Shown: piece by piece, positions 29,926 through 39,126 of the stretch | Numbering within the stretch: the first letter of the stretch is position 1 | Layout of the letters: each line of letters opens with the position of its first letter | IMG/VR virus record: IMGVR_UViG_3300011691_000001 | Reading direction: 5' to 3' (one strand) | Origin: an uncultured virus (IMG/VR IMGVR_UViG_3300011691_000001) | Lineage: Duplodnaviria; Heunggongvirae; Uroviricota; Caudoviricetes | DNA length: 59,431 nucleotides | Translations under genes and position numbers: made by a program | The notes under the pieces: model-generated | What the model saw: the letters and a program-made list of their open reading frames with translations, nothing else | The model's database searches: none | Told to the model about the DNA's origin: nothing

Positions 29926-30186
29926 ATGAATGATTTTATGATTGAAGTATTGTCAGTCAGTACACAAATCTCAGCATTATTAATCATTTCGATTGGTTGT
30001 TTAACTGTTATCGCTTTGCTTTTATATCCACTATGGTATTTGATGAGTACGGTTCTATATAAGCGTACTAAAGGCGTAGTTTATTTTGTGCAATTTGTTA
30101 GATATAAAAAGCAATTTATTAAATGGTATAAAGAGCAGCGACCAGATGTACATAAAGGAGAAGTTAAAAACGATTTGTTTAAATAA
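29926..30186 (+). CDS. small membrane protein, paralog of 13789-14043
   Basis: Clear sequence similarity; flanked by palindromes 29884 and 30183. Confidence 0.75.
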   Translation: MNDFMIEVLSVSTQISALLIISIGCLTVIALLLYPLWYLMSTVLYKRTKGVVYFVQFVRYKKQFIKWYKEQRPDVHKGEVKNDLFK

Positions 30187-30315
30187 TATTTTGATTTTAT
30201 AAAAGAAAATACATATAAGAAAGAAGGGAGTTTATTTCTGCATAATGAAGCGCACAATTTAAAGTTGTCATAAGAGCTTCAGATGAGATAAATCTTGTAG
30301 AGAATAAGCGAATAA

Positions 30316-31020
30316 ATGAACGAATCCAAAAAGTCTTTTATTGTAACAACCATTATTACATGTACATTGGCGTGGACTTGGTTTATATCACATGTCATTG
30401 AAGAAAATAATAATGAAGGTACAAATGAATTCTTAGATGCTGCCAATCTTATAGAAAGGATCAAAGAGAACACTATTACAAGTAAAGTTGACTCATTCTA
30501 TATTGAGTTTGAGCGTTTAAAGGAAGAAGAGCGAAAAAGATTAGAGGAATTGGAACGACAACGCTTAGATAGGTTAGAAAAAATTAGATTAGCTAAAATT
30601 GAAGAAGCAAAAAAGATAGCTGAACAAAAACGAATTGAAGAGTTAAAGAAGCAACAGCAGCGAGAAAAAGTAATAAGTAGAGGCGATACAAATAATACAG
30701 GAAATTGGATGACTTTTAATGCAAGCTATTACACAGCATATTGTTCAGAAGGATGTACAGGAGTTACAGCAACAGGTTATGATGTTTCTAATACCATTTA
30801 TTATAATGGATTAAGAATTATTGCAACCGATCCAAATGTAATTAAGTTGGGAACAATTGTGGAAGTAAAAACTCCATTTGAAACCTTTAAGGCGATTTCA
30901 CTTGATACAGGTGGGGCTATTAAGAATCACAAGGTAGATATCTTAGTTTCATCTACACAAGAAGCTATTAATTTAGGAAGACATAATATTCAAATCAAAG
31001 TATTAAAAACTCCAAAATAA
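30316..31020 (+). CDS. membrane-anchored 3D-domain cell-wall protein
   Basis: N-terminal TM, coiled coil, ASYYTA..TATG..IATDP..LGT..DTGGAIK..VDI. Confidence 0.88.
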   Translation: MNESKKSFIVTTIITCTLAWTWFISHVIEENNNEGTNEFLDAANLIERIKENTITSKVDSFYIEFERLKEEERKRLEELERQRLDRLEKIRLAKIEEAKKIAEQKRIEELKKQQQREKVISRGDTNNTGNWMTFNASYYTAYCSEGCTGVTATGYDVSNTIYYNGLRIIATDPNVIKLGTIVEVKTPFETFKAISLDTGGAIKNHKVDILVSSTQEAINLGRHNIQIKVLKTPK

Positions 31021-31084
31021 TACATAAAAAATAGAGTGGGGTAGTTATTCTACCTCAACTCAGTTCTAAGGAAGGTGAATTTTA

Positions 31085-31462
31085 TTGAAGTTTAGGAAAA
31101 GAATCAAGTGGATTAAAAGACTTAAGAAGCTAAAAGTTAAATTAAGAGATTTATTATTCAAGAAACCATTTTATAAATACCTTTATCAGCATATTAAGAA
31201 TGAATTCACTAATAACAATAAAACTGCAATTAGGTACTATATGAATGCCAATACTTTACGTGACGAGTCATTTAAATTTGAAATTGAACTATATCATAAA
31301 GCATATTATACTTCGTTTGATTTAAGGTATTTGGAACAAATCTTTATGTTCACAAAGGACTACATTACAGAAAAGGTAAGTAAGTATTCTGATCTGCAGT
31401 TTATTTATGGAGAAGATGAACTTGGTCTGTATTTTGAAGTAAGCTACATTGATAGTTATTAA
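31085..31462 (+). CDS. hypothetical protein
   Basis: AAGGTGA RBS, TTG start. Confidence 0.55.
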   Translation: MKFRKRIKWIKRLKKLKVKLRDLLFKKPFYKYLYQHIKNEFTNNNKTAIRYYMNANTLRDESFKFEIELYHKAYYTSFDLRYLEQIFMFTKDYITEKVSKYSDLQFIYGEDELGLYFEVSYIDSY

Positions 31463-31491
31463 AAATTAATTAAATAAATACATAATAATAC

Positions 31492-31519
31492 TTGAAATAT
31501 TAGAACGTGATGATATAAT
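31492..31519 (+). promoter_or_regulatory. sigma-A-type promoter for the nucleotide metabolism operon
   Basis: TTGAAA-N16-TATAAT with TG, preceded by TAAATAAATACATAA. Confidence 0.65.
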
Positions 31520-31660
31520 AAAATCATACAACAAGTAAGGGAGATGAGAAGATGAAAGTCAGTGATTCAGTATTGGAGTACTATGGTTATAAATTTGTAA
31601 ATTGTAAGATTCACGAATCTGAAGGAATTACTTTTGAGGAATACCTTAAACGAGAGTTAG

Positions 31661-32092
31661 GTGATTAATTTGACCAAAGACACTTTAAAAGAAGTCATTC
31701 AGTTTGAAAAGGATTTAGCATTTGTTAGGGATTTTTTAGATAAGCTTCCTAAAGAGGTGGAATATTTATTACAATTAGTTGATCAGAAACAACGTGAACA
31801 AGAAGACTTATTACATCACATTGAGTTTGAAACGCTACCTGCTAATAAGGGCTACGAAGCATATCGCAAATTACATATAGTTAGGAATGAACGTAGGAAA
31901 GCTAAGGATATGTTGGATGTTATGAAAAGTGCAAATGACAAGTTAAAACCTAAGCTTCCAAACATAAGTATTTTCAACAATACATTAGGTGATGTAAGAG
32001 GAATTATTAATAAGCAGAAGAATAGAAATTATAAACCTAGAGTACTGACAGAGATAACATATGGAAATAATAATACATATACAAATACATAG
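31661..32092 (+). CDS. conserved phage coiled-coil protein
   Basis: EDLLHHIE...RRKAKD...YKPR pattern. Confidence 0.65.
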   Translation: MINLTKDTLKEVIQFEKDLAFVRDFLDKLPKEVEYLLQLVDQKQREQEDLLHHIEFETLPANKGYEAYRKLHIVRNERRKAKDMLDVMKSANDKLKPKLPNISIFNNTLGDVRGIINKQKNRNYKPRVLTEITYGNNNTYTNT

Positions 32093-32097
32093 GGATT

Positions 32098-32604
32098 GTG
32101 GTGATTAATATAAATTATATTATAGTAGGAACTGATTGTAGTGGTAAGACAAGTTTAGTTGATATGCTTTCTGACATTACAGAGTTTAAAGTGGTTAAGG
32201 GAAGCTCATTTTCTCATTCGCAATGTACTCAAGATGAATTGTTTGAGAAGTTCTTAGAGTTCACGAAGATGGATAATGTAGTATTCGATAGGTTCACTTA
32301 TTGTAATGAAGTATATGCGGAGATGTATGATGACTTTGCAATGTTATCAGATGAGCAGCGTAGATTTATTGAACAAGAAATGAAAAATAAAGCGACAATC
32401 ATTTACTTATATGCAGATGATGAAGTATTAGAGAATCGATTTAATTCTCGTGGTGATGATTATGTATCACTGGATAAGTTGAAATATGCTAAAGGTAAAT
32501 ACGAAAAAGCATTACATAAGGTTGAACATTTAGAAGTAGTTAAATTTGATACTGGAAAGATGACTACAAAAGAAATAGTGGAACAGATATTACTCAATTA
32601 TTAG
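32098..32604 (+). CDS. nucleoside monophosphate (dTMP-type) kinase
   Basis: GTDCSGKTS P-loop, FDRF. Confidence 0.8.
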   Translation: MVININYIIVGTDCSGKTSLVDMLSDITEFKVVKGSSFSHSQCTQDELFEKFLEFTKMDNVVFDRFTYCNEVYAEMYDDFAMLSDEQRRFIEQEMKNKATIIYLYADDEVLENRFNSRGDDYVSLDKLKYAKGKYEKALHKVEHLEVVKFDTGKMTTKEIVEQILLNY

Positions 32605-32646
32605 TTTAATTAATACATAATAAATATAAATGAAAGAGGTTTTGTA

Positions 32647-32862
32647 ATGAAATTATATACACAAACGATTTGCCCTAAATGTATGTTAGCTAAAGTATGG
32701 ATTAATGAATCAGGGAAGAATGTAGAATTAATTAACTTGGATCATAATGAAGAATTACGTGACGAATTAAAATCAAAAGGATATTCTTCGTTACCTATTC
32801 TAGAAGTAGATGACACGCTCTACACTGATATTAAAGAAATTCAGGACATTATTGAACAATGA
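32647..32862 (+). CDS. nrdH: NrdH-like glutaredoxin
   Basis: CPKC motif, SLP; upstream of nrdI. Confidence 0.8.
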   Translation: MKLYTQTICPKCMLAKVWINESGKNVELINLDHNEELRDELKSKGYSSLPILEVDDTLYTDIKEIQDIIEQ

Positions 32863-33221
32863 TTATTTATGCAAGTCGAACAGGCAATGTCAGATACATA
32901 GTAAGTAAATTAGATTTACCATCAATCGAAATCACCGAAAGTTTAATAGTTAACGAACCATACATAATATTTACATACACAGATAAATTGGGGGAGGTTC
33001 CTGAAAAGGTAGAAAACTTCCTTCAACTGAATCACGAATTTTGCAAAGGCGTAATAGCAAGTGGAAACAGTAACTTTGGAAAGAAAATGTTCTGTGAATC
33101 AGCACAAAAGATTAGTGATCAATATAATATTCCAATAATCCATAAGGTTGAGTTAAGAGGATTTCAATATGATTATGATTTGATTGTTGAGAAATATAAC
33201 AAATTAATACAGGGTGAGTGA
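32859..33221 (+). CDS. nrdI: class Ib RNR flavodoxin NrdI
   Basis: YASRTGNVR, GVIASGNSNFG. Confidence 0.9.
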   Translation: MIIYASRTGNVRYIVSKLDLPSIEITESLIVNEPYIIFTYTDKLGEVPEKVENFLQLNHEFCKGVIASGNSNFGKKMFCESAQKISDQYNIPIIHKVELRGFQYDYDLIVEKYNKLIQGE

Positions 33222-35319
33222 TAATTTGAAAGAGTACTTAAAGTTGAATAATGAGGTTTTAAATACATATGAACGAACTGGAAGATTAGTATCAGAAAAA
33301 GATAAAGAAGCAACTAGGAAGTACTTCTTAGAGCATGTGAATGTTAAGTTACGATACTTTATTGATCTAGAAGAAAAACTTAAATACCTTGTGTCAGAAG
33401 GTTATTATGAAAAAGAATTCTTAGACATGTACTCATTTGATTTCATTAAGAAAATCTATAAGATTGCATATTCATATAATTTCCGTTTCCCTTCATTTAT
33501 GAGTGCAAGCAAATTCTATGATAGTTATGCAATGAAGAGTCGTGATGGGGAGGAAATCTTAGAAAAATACGAGGATAGAATTTCTATAATTGCATTGTAC
33601 CTTTCCCAAGGTGATGAGCATCTAGCAGAGAAATCAGTAAGGGTAATGATGGAAGCCTATCAACCTGCGACACCTACTGCCTTAAATAGTGGTAAGAAAG
33701 CTCGTGGCGAATTAGTAAGTTGCTTTAAATTATCCATGGATGACTCCATGAATAGCATCGCTGAAAATATTGGTTATTGTTTAGAGCTATCACGTCTAGG
33801 TGGAGGGGTCGGGGTCAACTTAACTGATTTACGTCCTTTAGGTGATCCAATTAAAGAAATACTAAATCGTGCAAGTGGTGTGATTCCAGTGGCGAAGCTA
33901 TTAGAAAATTCTTTTAGTTATTCTAATCAGCTTGGTCAACGTAATGGCTCAGGAGTTGTTTACCTAAATATTTTCCATGCAGATATAGAGAATTTTATTT
34001 CATCAAAAAAACCAAATGCTGATGATAAAATTCGCCTCGCAACACTATCAACAGGTATTATTATACCAAGTATTTTCTTTGAGTTAATGAAAAAGGATAA
34101 GGATATTGTTCTATTTAGCCCATATGACATCCATAAGGAATATGGCAAGCGTATGTCTGAAATCAGTATTACTGATATGTACTATGAGTTACTAGATAAT
34201 CCTAGAATTCGAAAAATTAAACGTCTAAATGCACGTAATTTATACACTGAAGTAAAAAAAGCACAATTTGAATCAGGATATCCTTTTGAAATATTTGATG
34301 ATAATGTAAACGAAGTACATCCACTCAAAGGTATTGGACGAGTACAAATGTCTAACCTCTGTTCGGAAATCCTACAATTACAACAAAAAAGTATTATCAC
34401 TGATCAAGATCAGCCTAACGAATATGGGTTAGATGTGTCATGTAATTTAGGGTCGATTGATATTCATGCAGCAGTTGAATCAGATAGCTTTGAAGATTTA
34501 ATTGACACATCAATGCGGTTACTTACAAATGTTACAACAAAGACCAATATTGTGAATGTACCATCTGTTGCAAAAGCCAATCAATTAATGCATTCCGTAG
34601 GTTTGGGAGTTATGAACCTTCATGGTCATTTAGCAACACAAGATATTATGTACGGCTCTCCTGATTCGATTAAATTTGTAGATCATTTTATGGAAGCGTT
34701 GAACTATTACTCACTTAAATCATCAATGGTGTTAGCTAAAGAAAAATGCGAAAGTTTCTTTGGATTTGAGAAGAGTGAATATGCGAATGGCAAATACTTT
34801 GATGCGTATGTTTCCAAAGAAGACACATTACCAAATCAGAAAGTGCAAAAAGCACTAGGTAACGTACCAATTATAACTTCTGCGATGTGGAAGAAACTTA
34901 AATTAGAAGTAATGAAATTTGGTCTATTTCATTCATATCGTTTAGCTACTGCACCTACAGGAAGTATCAGTTATATTCGAAGTTGTACAGCATCAATGTC
35001 TCCGATTACTGAAAGAGTAGAAATTCGTGATTATGCTGATAGTCGTACAATTTATCCTATGCCATACATGACTAATGACAATATGCATTTATATCAAGAA
35101 GCATACGATGTTAACCCTTATAAATTAATTGATTTATATGCTGCGGCACAAAAACATGTTGACCAAGGTATTTCAATGACACTATATGTAACGGATCAAT
35201 GGACAACAGAACAACTAGCTAAAGTTTACATTTATGCATGGATTAAAGGGATTAAGTCCGTTTACTATGTCCGTCAACGATTACTGAGCTTAGAGGAGTG
35301 TGTAGCATGTCAAATATAG
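33214..35319 (+). CDS. nrdE: class Ib ribonucleotide reductase alpha subunit
   Basis: QPATPT, VSCF, SNLCSE, APTGSISY, C-terminal CVAC. Confidence 0.95.
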   Translation: MSDNLKEYLKLNNEVLNTYERTGRLVSEKDKEATRKYFLEHVNVKLRYFIDLEEKLKYLVSEGYYEKEFLDMYSFDFIKKIYKIAYSYNFRFPSFMSASKFYDSYAMKSRDGEEILEKYEDRISIIALYLSQGDEHLAEKSVRVMMEAYQPATPTALNSGKKARGELVSCFKLSMDDSMNSIAENIGYCLELSRLGGGVGVNLTDLRPLGDPIKEILNRASGVIPVAKLLENSFSYSNQLGQRNGSGVVYLNIFHADIENFISSKKPNADDKIRLATLSTGIIIPSIFFELMKKDKDIVLFSPYDIHKEYGKRMSEISITDMYYELLDNPRIRKIKRLNARNLYTEVKKAQFESGYPFEIFDDNVNEVHPLKGIGRVQMSNLCSEILQLQQKSIITDQDQPNEYGLDVSCNLGSIDIHAAVESDSFEDLIDTSMRLLTNVTTKTNIVNVPSVAKANQLMHSVGLGVMNLHGHLATQDIMYGSPDSIKFVDHFMEALNYYSLKSSMVLAKEKCESFFGFEKSEYANGKYFDAYVSKEDTLPNQKVQKALGNVPIITSAMWKKLKLEVMKFGLFHSYRLATAPTGSISYIRSCTASMSPITERVEIRDYADSRTIYPMPYMTNDNMHLYQEAYDVNPYKLIDLYAAAQKHVDQGISMTLYVTDQWTTEQLAKVYIYAWIKGIKSVYYVRQRLLSLEECVACQI

Positions 35320-36281
35320 TTTATGAGGCAGTCAACTGGAATAAGACATCAAGTGAACTTGCTCAAGTTTTCTGGGATCAGCAATGGAAGCAAATCTGGT
35401 TTCCTGAAGAAATTGCAGTGAGTAAAGATATTCAACAGTGGAAAAGTTTTGAGCATCAGGGCACGTATAAAAAAGTGTTCGCAGGATTAACTTTACTTGA
35501 TACTGTCCAGACAAATATAGGAATGAATCGCGTTGCAGCTTATACAGACGATTTACAGGAAAAGGCGGTATTAACTGTTTTTGATGCATTTGAAGCAATT
35601 CATGCTAAATCATATTCGTATATATTTACAACGCTCTGTACAAATAAGGAAATAGAAGAACTCTTTGAATGGATTAAAAAGAATGAATTTCTACAATACA
35701 AGGCAAATAAAATTGCAGATATTTATACATCAATTAAAGAAAATGACAATGAATCTTTATGGAAAGCAATGTTTGCTTCAGTAATGTTGGAGAGCTTCTT
35801 ATTTTATTCAGGATTCTTCTATCCATTATATTTAGGTGGACAAGGGGTATTGCGTAATAGCGCAGAGATAATTTCGCTTATATTACGAGATGAATCTATA
35901 CATGGCGTAGCTGTTGGATTTTTTGCACAAGGTATTTTCAGCAAGTTTGACGCTGAAAAGCAAAACGAATTAAAAGTATGGGGATATGAATTGTTACTAG
36001 ACTTATATCAAAATGAAATGAAATACACTGACGACATCTATGCAGAGACAGGATTAAGTCCTGATGTTAAAGCTTATGTAAGATATAACGCTAACAAAGC
36101 CTTAATGAATCTTGGATTAGATACTATGTTCCCAGACGAGGAAGTTAATCCTATAGTAATGAACGGTATTCGTAATGAAGGAAGTACCTATGACTTCTTT
36201 TCACAAAAGGGAGCTACCTATGCTAAAGCTAAAGTAGTACCAATTAGCGATGACACATTTAACTTTTCAAACTTAAATTAA
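35307..36281 (+). CDS. nrdF: class Ib ribonucleotide reductase beta subunit
   Basis: GLTLLDT, EAIHAKSYS, ESFLFYSGF, RDESIHG. Confidence 0.95.
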   Translation: MSNIVYEAVNWNKTSSELAQVFWDQQWKQIWFPEEIAVSKDIQQWKSFEHQGTYKKVFAGLTLLDTVQTNIGMNRVAAYTDDLQEKAVLTVFDAFEAIHAKSYSYIFTTLCTNKEIEELFEWIKKNEFLQYKANKIADIYTSIKENDNESLWKAMFASVMLESFLFYSGFFYPLYLGGQGVLRNSAEIISLILRDESIHGVAVGFFAQGIFSKFDAEKQNELKVWGYELLLDLYQNEMKYTDDIYAETGLSPDVKAYVRYNANKALMNLGLDTMFPDEEVNPIVMNGIRNEGSTYDFFSQKGATYAKAKVVPISDDTFNFSNLN

Positions 36282-36298
36282 AAGGGGAAATCTTTATT

Positions 36299-36799
36299 AT
36301 GAATTTAAATGACACATTATATTTCGCAAAAGTAAAAGAAAATGCAGTTATTCCAACTAAACGAAAAGAAGATGGATGTTATGACATCTATATATTGTTT
36401 AATGAGGATGAAGTAACAATTAAACCGCACGAAATTGTTGGATTTAATACAGGAATTGCAACAGCAGTGAGTTACAAGTATCGTCTTGACTTCAAACGTG
36501 AACGTGGTTCAACAGGATCAATTGGTTTAGTACCTCGATGTGGACAAGTGGATAGTGGATATCGTGGTGAAGTTTTCTTAAAACTACAAAATACAACTAA
36601 TAAAAACATTGTAATTTCTAAGTTAGTTACTGATAAAGTAGAAACTAAAACAGAAGTTAAATATCCAATTACTAAAGCAGTTTGTCAAATGGCAGTTGAA
36701 ATTGTACCAGAAGTAATAGAAGAAGTGATTTCTTATGAAGAATTATTAAAGATTCCATCTGAACGTGGTACAGGTGCTTTAGGTAGTAGTGGTAAATAA
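36299..36799 (+). CDS. dut: trimeric dUTPase
   Basis: GQVDSGYRGE, RGTGALGSSG. Confidence 0.9.
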   Translation: MNLNDTLYFAKVKENAVIPTKRKEDGCYDIYILFNEDEVTIKPHEIVGFNTGIATAVSYKYRLDFKRERGSTGSIGLVPRCGQVDSGYRGEVFLKLQNTTNKNIVISKLVTDKVETKTEVKYPITKAVCQMAVEIVPEVIEEVISYEELLKIPSERGTGALGSSGK

Positions 36800-36924
36800 T
36801 AAAATCTATATTGTATATATGATAATTTGAAATATTTAGTGGTATTAATATCATATTTGTATCACTGAATTTCAATAAAACATGGATATTATTAAAAATA
36901 CATAACTAAGGGGAGATTGATTTA

Positions 36925-37278
36925 ATGAAAAAATCACGTAAACAACGTAAATCAGAAGCAAAACAAAATGGAGTACCTTTTGAGCCACAATATAATGGTA
37001 ATGGAGTAATTTCATTTGAAGAACATTCTGGACTTGGAATTGAACGATTTAACAATAAGTTTGTACAGTTTTCAAAGCCTTCAGAACTACCAAATGAGGT
37101 ATCAGAAGGAACTTTGATTGACAATAATGATGTTGAAGCTTTATCAGATGATATTCTAATTGCAAATGAGCGAACTAATGATGAAATGATTGAGGCAGAG
37201 TTAGCATTAGACACTCCTAAAAAGAAGAAAAAGAAAAGTAAGTTTAAAAAAGTACTTAAGAAGCTTTTTAATAAATAA
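36925..37278 (+). CDS. hypothetical protein with basic termini
   Basis: GGGGAG RBS; follows palindrome 36875. Confidence 0.65.
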   Translation: MKKSRKQRKSEAKQNGVPFEPQYNGNGVISFEEHSGLGIERFNNKFVQFSKPSELPNEVSEGTLIDNNDVEALSDDILIANERTNDEMIEAELALDTPKKKKKKSKFKKVLKKLFNK

Positions 37279-37349
37279 AATACATAACTTTATATGAGAG
37301 TGGATTAATTTCTACTCTCATTACTTTTTACATAAAGGAGAATATAATA

Positions 37350-38234
37350 ATGCAGGTAGATTTAGTATACAAAGATTTGGTTAAGAAAGTTTTGTCAAAT
37401 GGAATTAAGAAAGGGGATCGTACAAATACAGGAACAATTAGTTTATTCGGCAACCAAATTGAAATTGACTTACAAGAAGGCTTTCCGTTATTAACAACAA
37501 AGAGAGTTTACTGGAAAGGTATATTATCTGAAACAATCATGTTTCTGAAAGGTATTACTGATTTAAAATTTCTACTCGAAAAAGATGTTGATATTTGGAC
37601 TCGTGATGCATATAAGAAGTATTTGAAAGAGATGAGTGAATACTCAGATGCACTAACATTTACTTTAGATGAGTTTCGTGAAGATGCAAAAATAAATGGT
37701 TATGATTTAGGAGTAATCTATGGATCTCAGTGGGTTGATTTTAATGGTGAAGGAGTAAATCAGTTAAGTTATTTAAATGAAGAAATTAAAAATAATCCTA
37801 ACAGTAGACGTTTAAAAGTTTATTCTGCTAATCCATCAAAAGTACATAATCAAACATTACCACCATGTCATGATGCATTTCAATTTAATGTTCGTGGTGA
37901 ATATCTAGATTGTTTATTTCAAATGAGATCAAGTGATATTTTTCATGGACTACCATTTAATATTGCGAGTTATGCCTTGATTACACATATCCAAGCAAAA
38001 ATGAGGGGTTTAAAGGTGGGAAGATTGGTTGCTCAATTAGGTGACACTCATATATATACAACTCATCTAGATGCAATTAAAGAGCAGTTAAAGCGAGAAC
38101 CTAAAGTACTACCTCAATTAAATCTAAGTGATAGGGTATCAACATTTGAAAGTATTTCAGAAATTGAATTCGAGGATATTGAGTTATTAAATTACAGTCC
38201 ACATTCACCAATAAAAGCACCTCAAGCATTTTAA
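37350..38234 (+). CDS. thyA: thymidylate synthase
   Basis: DRTNTGT, FPLLTTK, LPPCH, RSSDIFHGLPFNIASY. Confidence 0.95.
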   Translation: MQVDLVYKDLVKKVLSNGIKKGDRTNTGTISLFGNQIEIDLQEGFPLLTTKRVYWKGILSETIMFLKGITDLKFLLEKDVDIWTRDAYKKYLKEMSEYSDALTFTLDEFREDAKINGYDLGVIYGSQWVDFNGEGVNQLSYLNEEIKNNPNSRRLKVYSANPSKVHNQTLPPCHDAFQFNVRGEYLDCLFQMRSSDIFHGLPFNIASYALITHIQAKMRGLKVGRLVAQLGDTHIYTTHLDAIKEQLKREPKVLPQLNLSDRVSTFESISEIEFEDIELLNYSPHSPIKAPQAF

Positions 38235-38345
38235 ATAAAAAGAGTGAATGCAATGAAGCACTCACTTAAAGGAAGATGCGGTTTAGTCACAATTACATTT
38301 TACAATTTTAACCCATATATAGTCAATTTTGAGCAGGAGGATTTA

Positions 38346-38876
38346 ATGTCAATTAATATCATTGCAGCTTTAAATGAAACACACTCAATTGGTAAGAATG
38401 GACAATTACTATATAGAATTAAAAAGGATTTGCAGCGATTCAAACAACTCACTCAAAGTAATAGTGGTCATCCAAATATATGCTTGATGGGCAAAAGAAC
38501 ATTTGAAGAATTACCTAAACCATTAGATAAAAGATTAAACGTAGTTTTAACTTCGAATAAGAAATACAAAGCTCCTAAAGAAGTAATAATAGAATCATCT
38601 TTTGATAAGGTAATTAATCATTATTTGGAATCTGGTAATCAGGATAAAGATTTATGGATTTGCGGTGGACAGTCTTTATATGAACAAGCTTTACCGTTTG
38701 CTGATAAAGTTTTTATTACCTACATACATGATAATAAAAAAGGTGATACGCAATTTCCATTTGAACAAGTTAAACAGCAATTCAAGAAAATACATAGCGA
38801 AGAACATGAAGAAAATGGACTAAGGTTTGAATTCATTAACTATGAAAGAAAGGAGGTTACGAATGGGGAAACTTAG
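38346..38876 (+). CDS. dfrA: dihydrofolate reductase
   Basis: IGKNGQL, MGKRTFEEL.KPL..RLNVVLT, CGGQSLY, GDTQFP. Confidence 0.92.
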   Translation: MSINIIAALNETHSIGKNGQLLYRIKKDLQRFKQLTQSNSGHPNICLMGKRTFEELPKPLDKRLNVVLTSNKKYKAPKEVIIESSFDKVINHYLESGNQDKDLWICGGQSLYEQALPFADKVFITYIHDNKKGDTQFPFEQVKQQFKKIHSEEHEENGLRFEFINYERKEVTNGET

Positions 38877-39015
38877 GAATAAGCCAATTTTAAAAGAAAT
38901 TACATATGGAGAAAGAGAACCGTCATTCGAAGAGAAGAATAAAGCAGTGAATGGACTAGAAGAGGTACTTATAAACATGTTCCTTCATTATTATAAAACG
39001 AATAAAAATAAATAA
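38863..39015 (+). CDS. small protein, candidate recombination directionality factor (SprB-like)
   Basis: 50 aa, AGGAGG RBS, last gene of the early operon and directly before the serine recombinase. Confidence 0.45.
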   Translation: MGKLRNKPILKEITYGEREPSFEEKNKAVNGLEEVLINMFLHYYKTNKNK

Positions 39016-39022
39016 ATACATA

Positions 39023-39061
39023 AAATAAGTACAAGTTATTTGAAATTACTTGTACTTATTT
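39023..39061. repeat. 14-bp perfect inverted repeat overlapping the recombinase promoter
   Basis: AAATAAGTACAAGT / ACTTGTACTTATTT; overlaps TTGAAA(39040)-N18-TATTAT. Confidence 0.7.
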
Positions 39062-39126
39062 GTTATTATTGTTGTATTGAACATAAATAAAGTGTTATAA
39101 AAAACATAATAAAGGGATGAGTCAAA

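Noticed and set aside
30225..30315. Riboswitch upstream of the 3D-domain gene
   Set aside because: No recognisable c-di-AMP or other riboswitch consensus
33214..36281. Group I introns or inteins in nrdE/nrdF as in SPbeta
   Set aside because: Both ORFs are continuous and of normal length (701 and about 324 aa)
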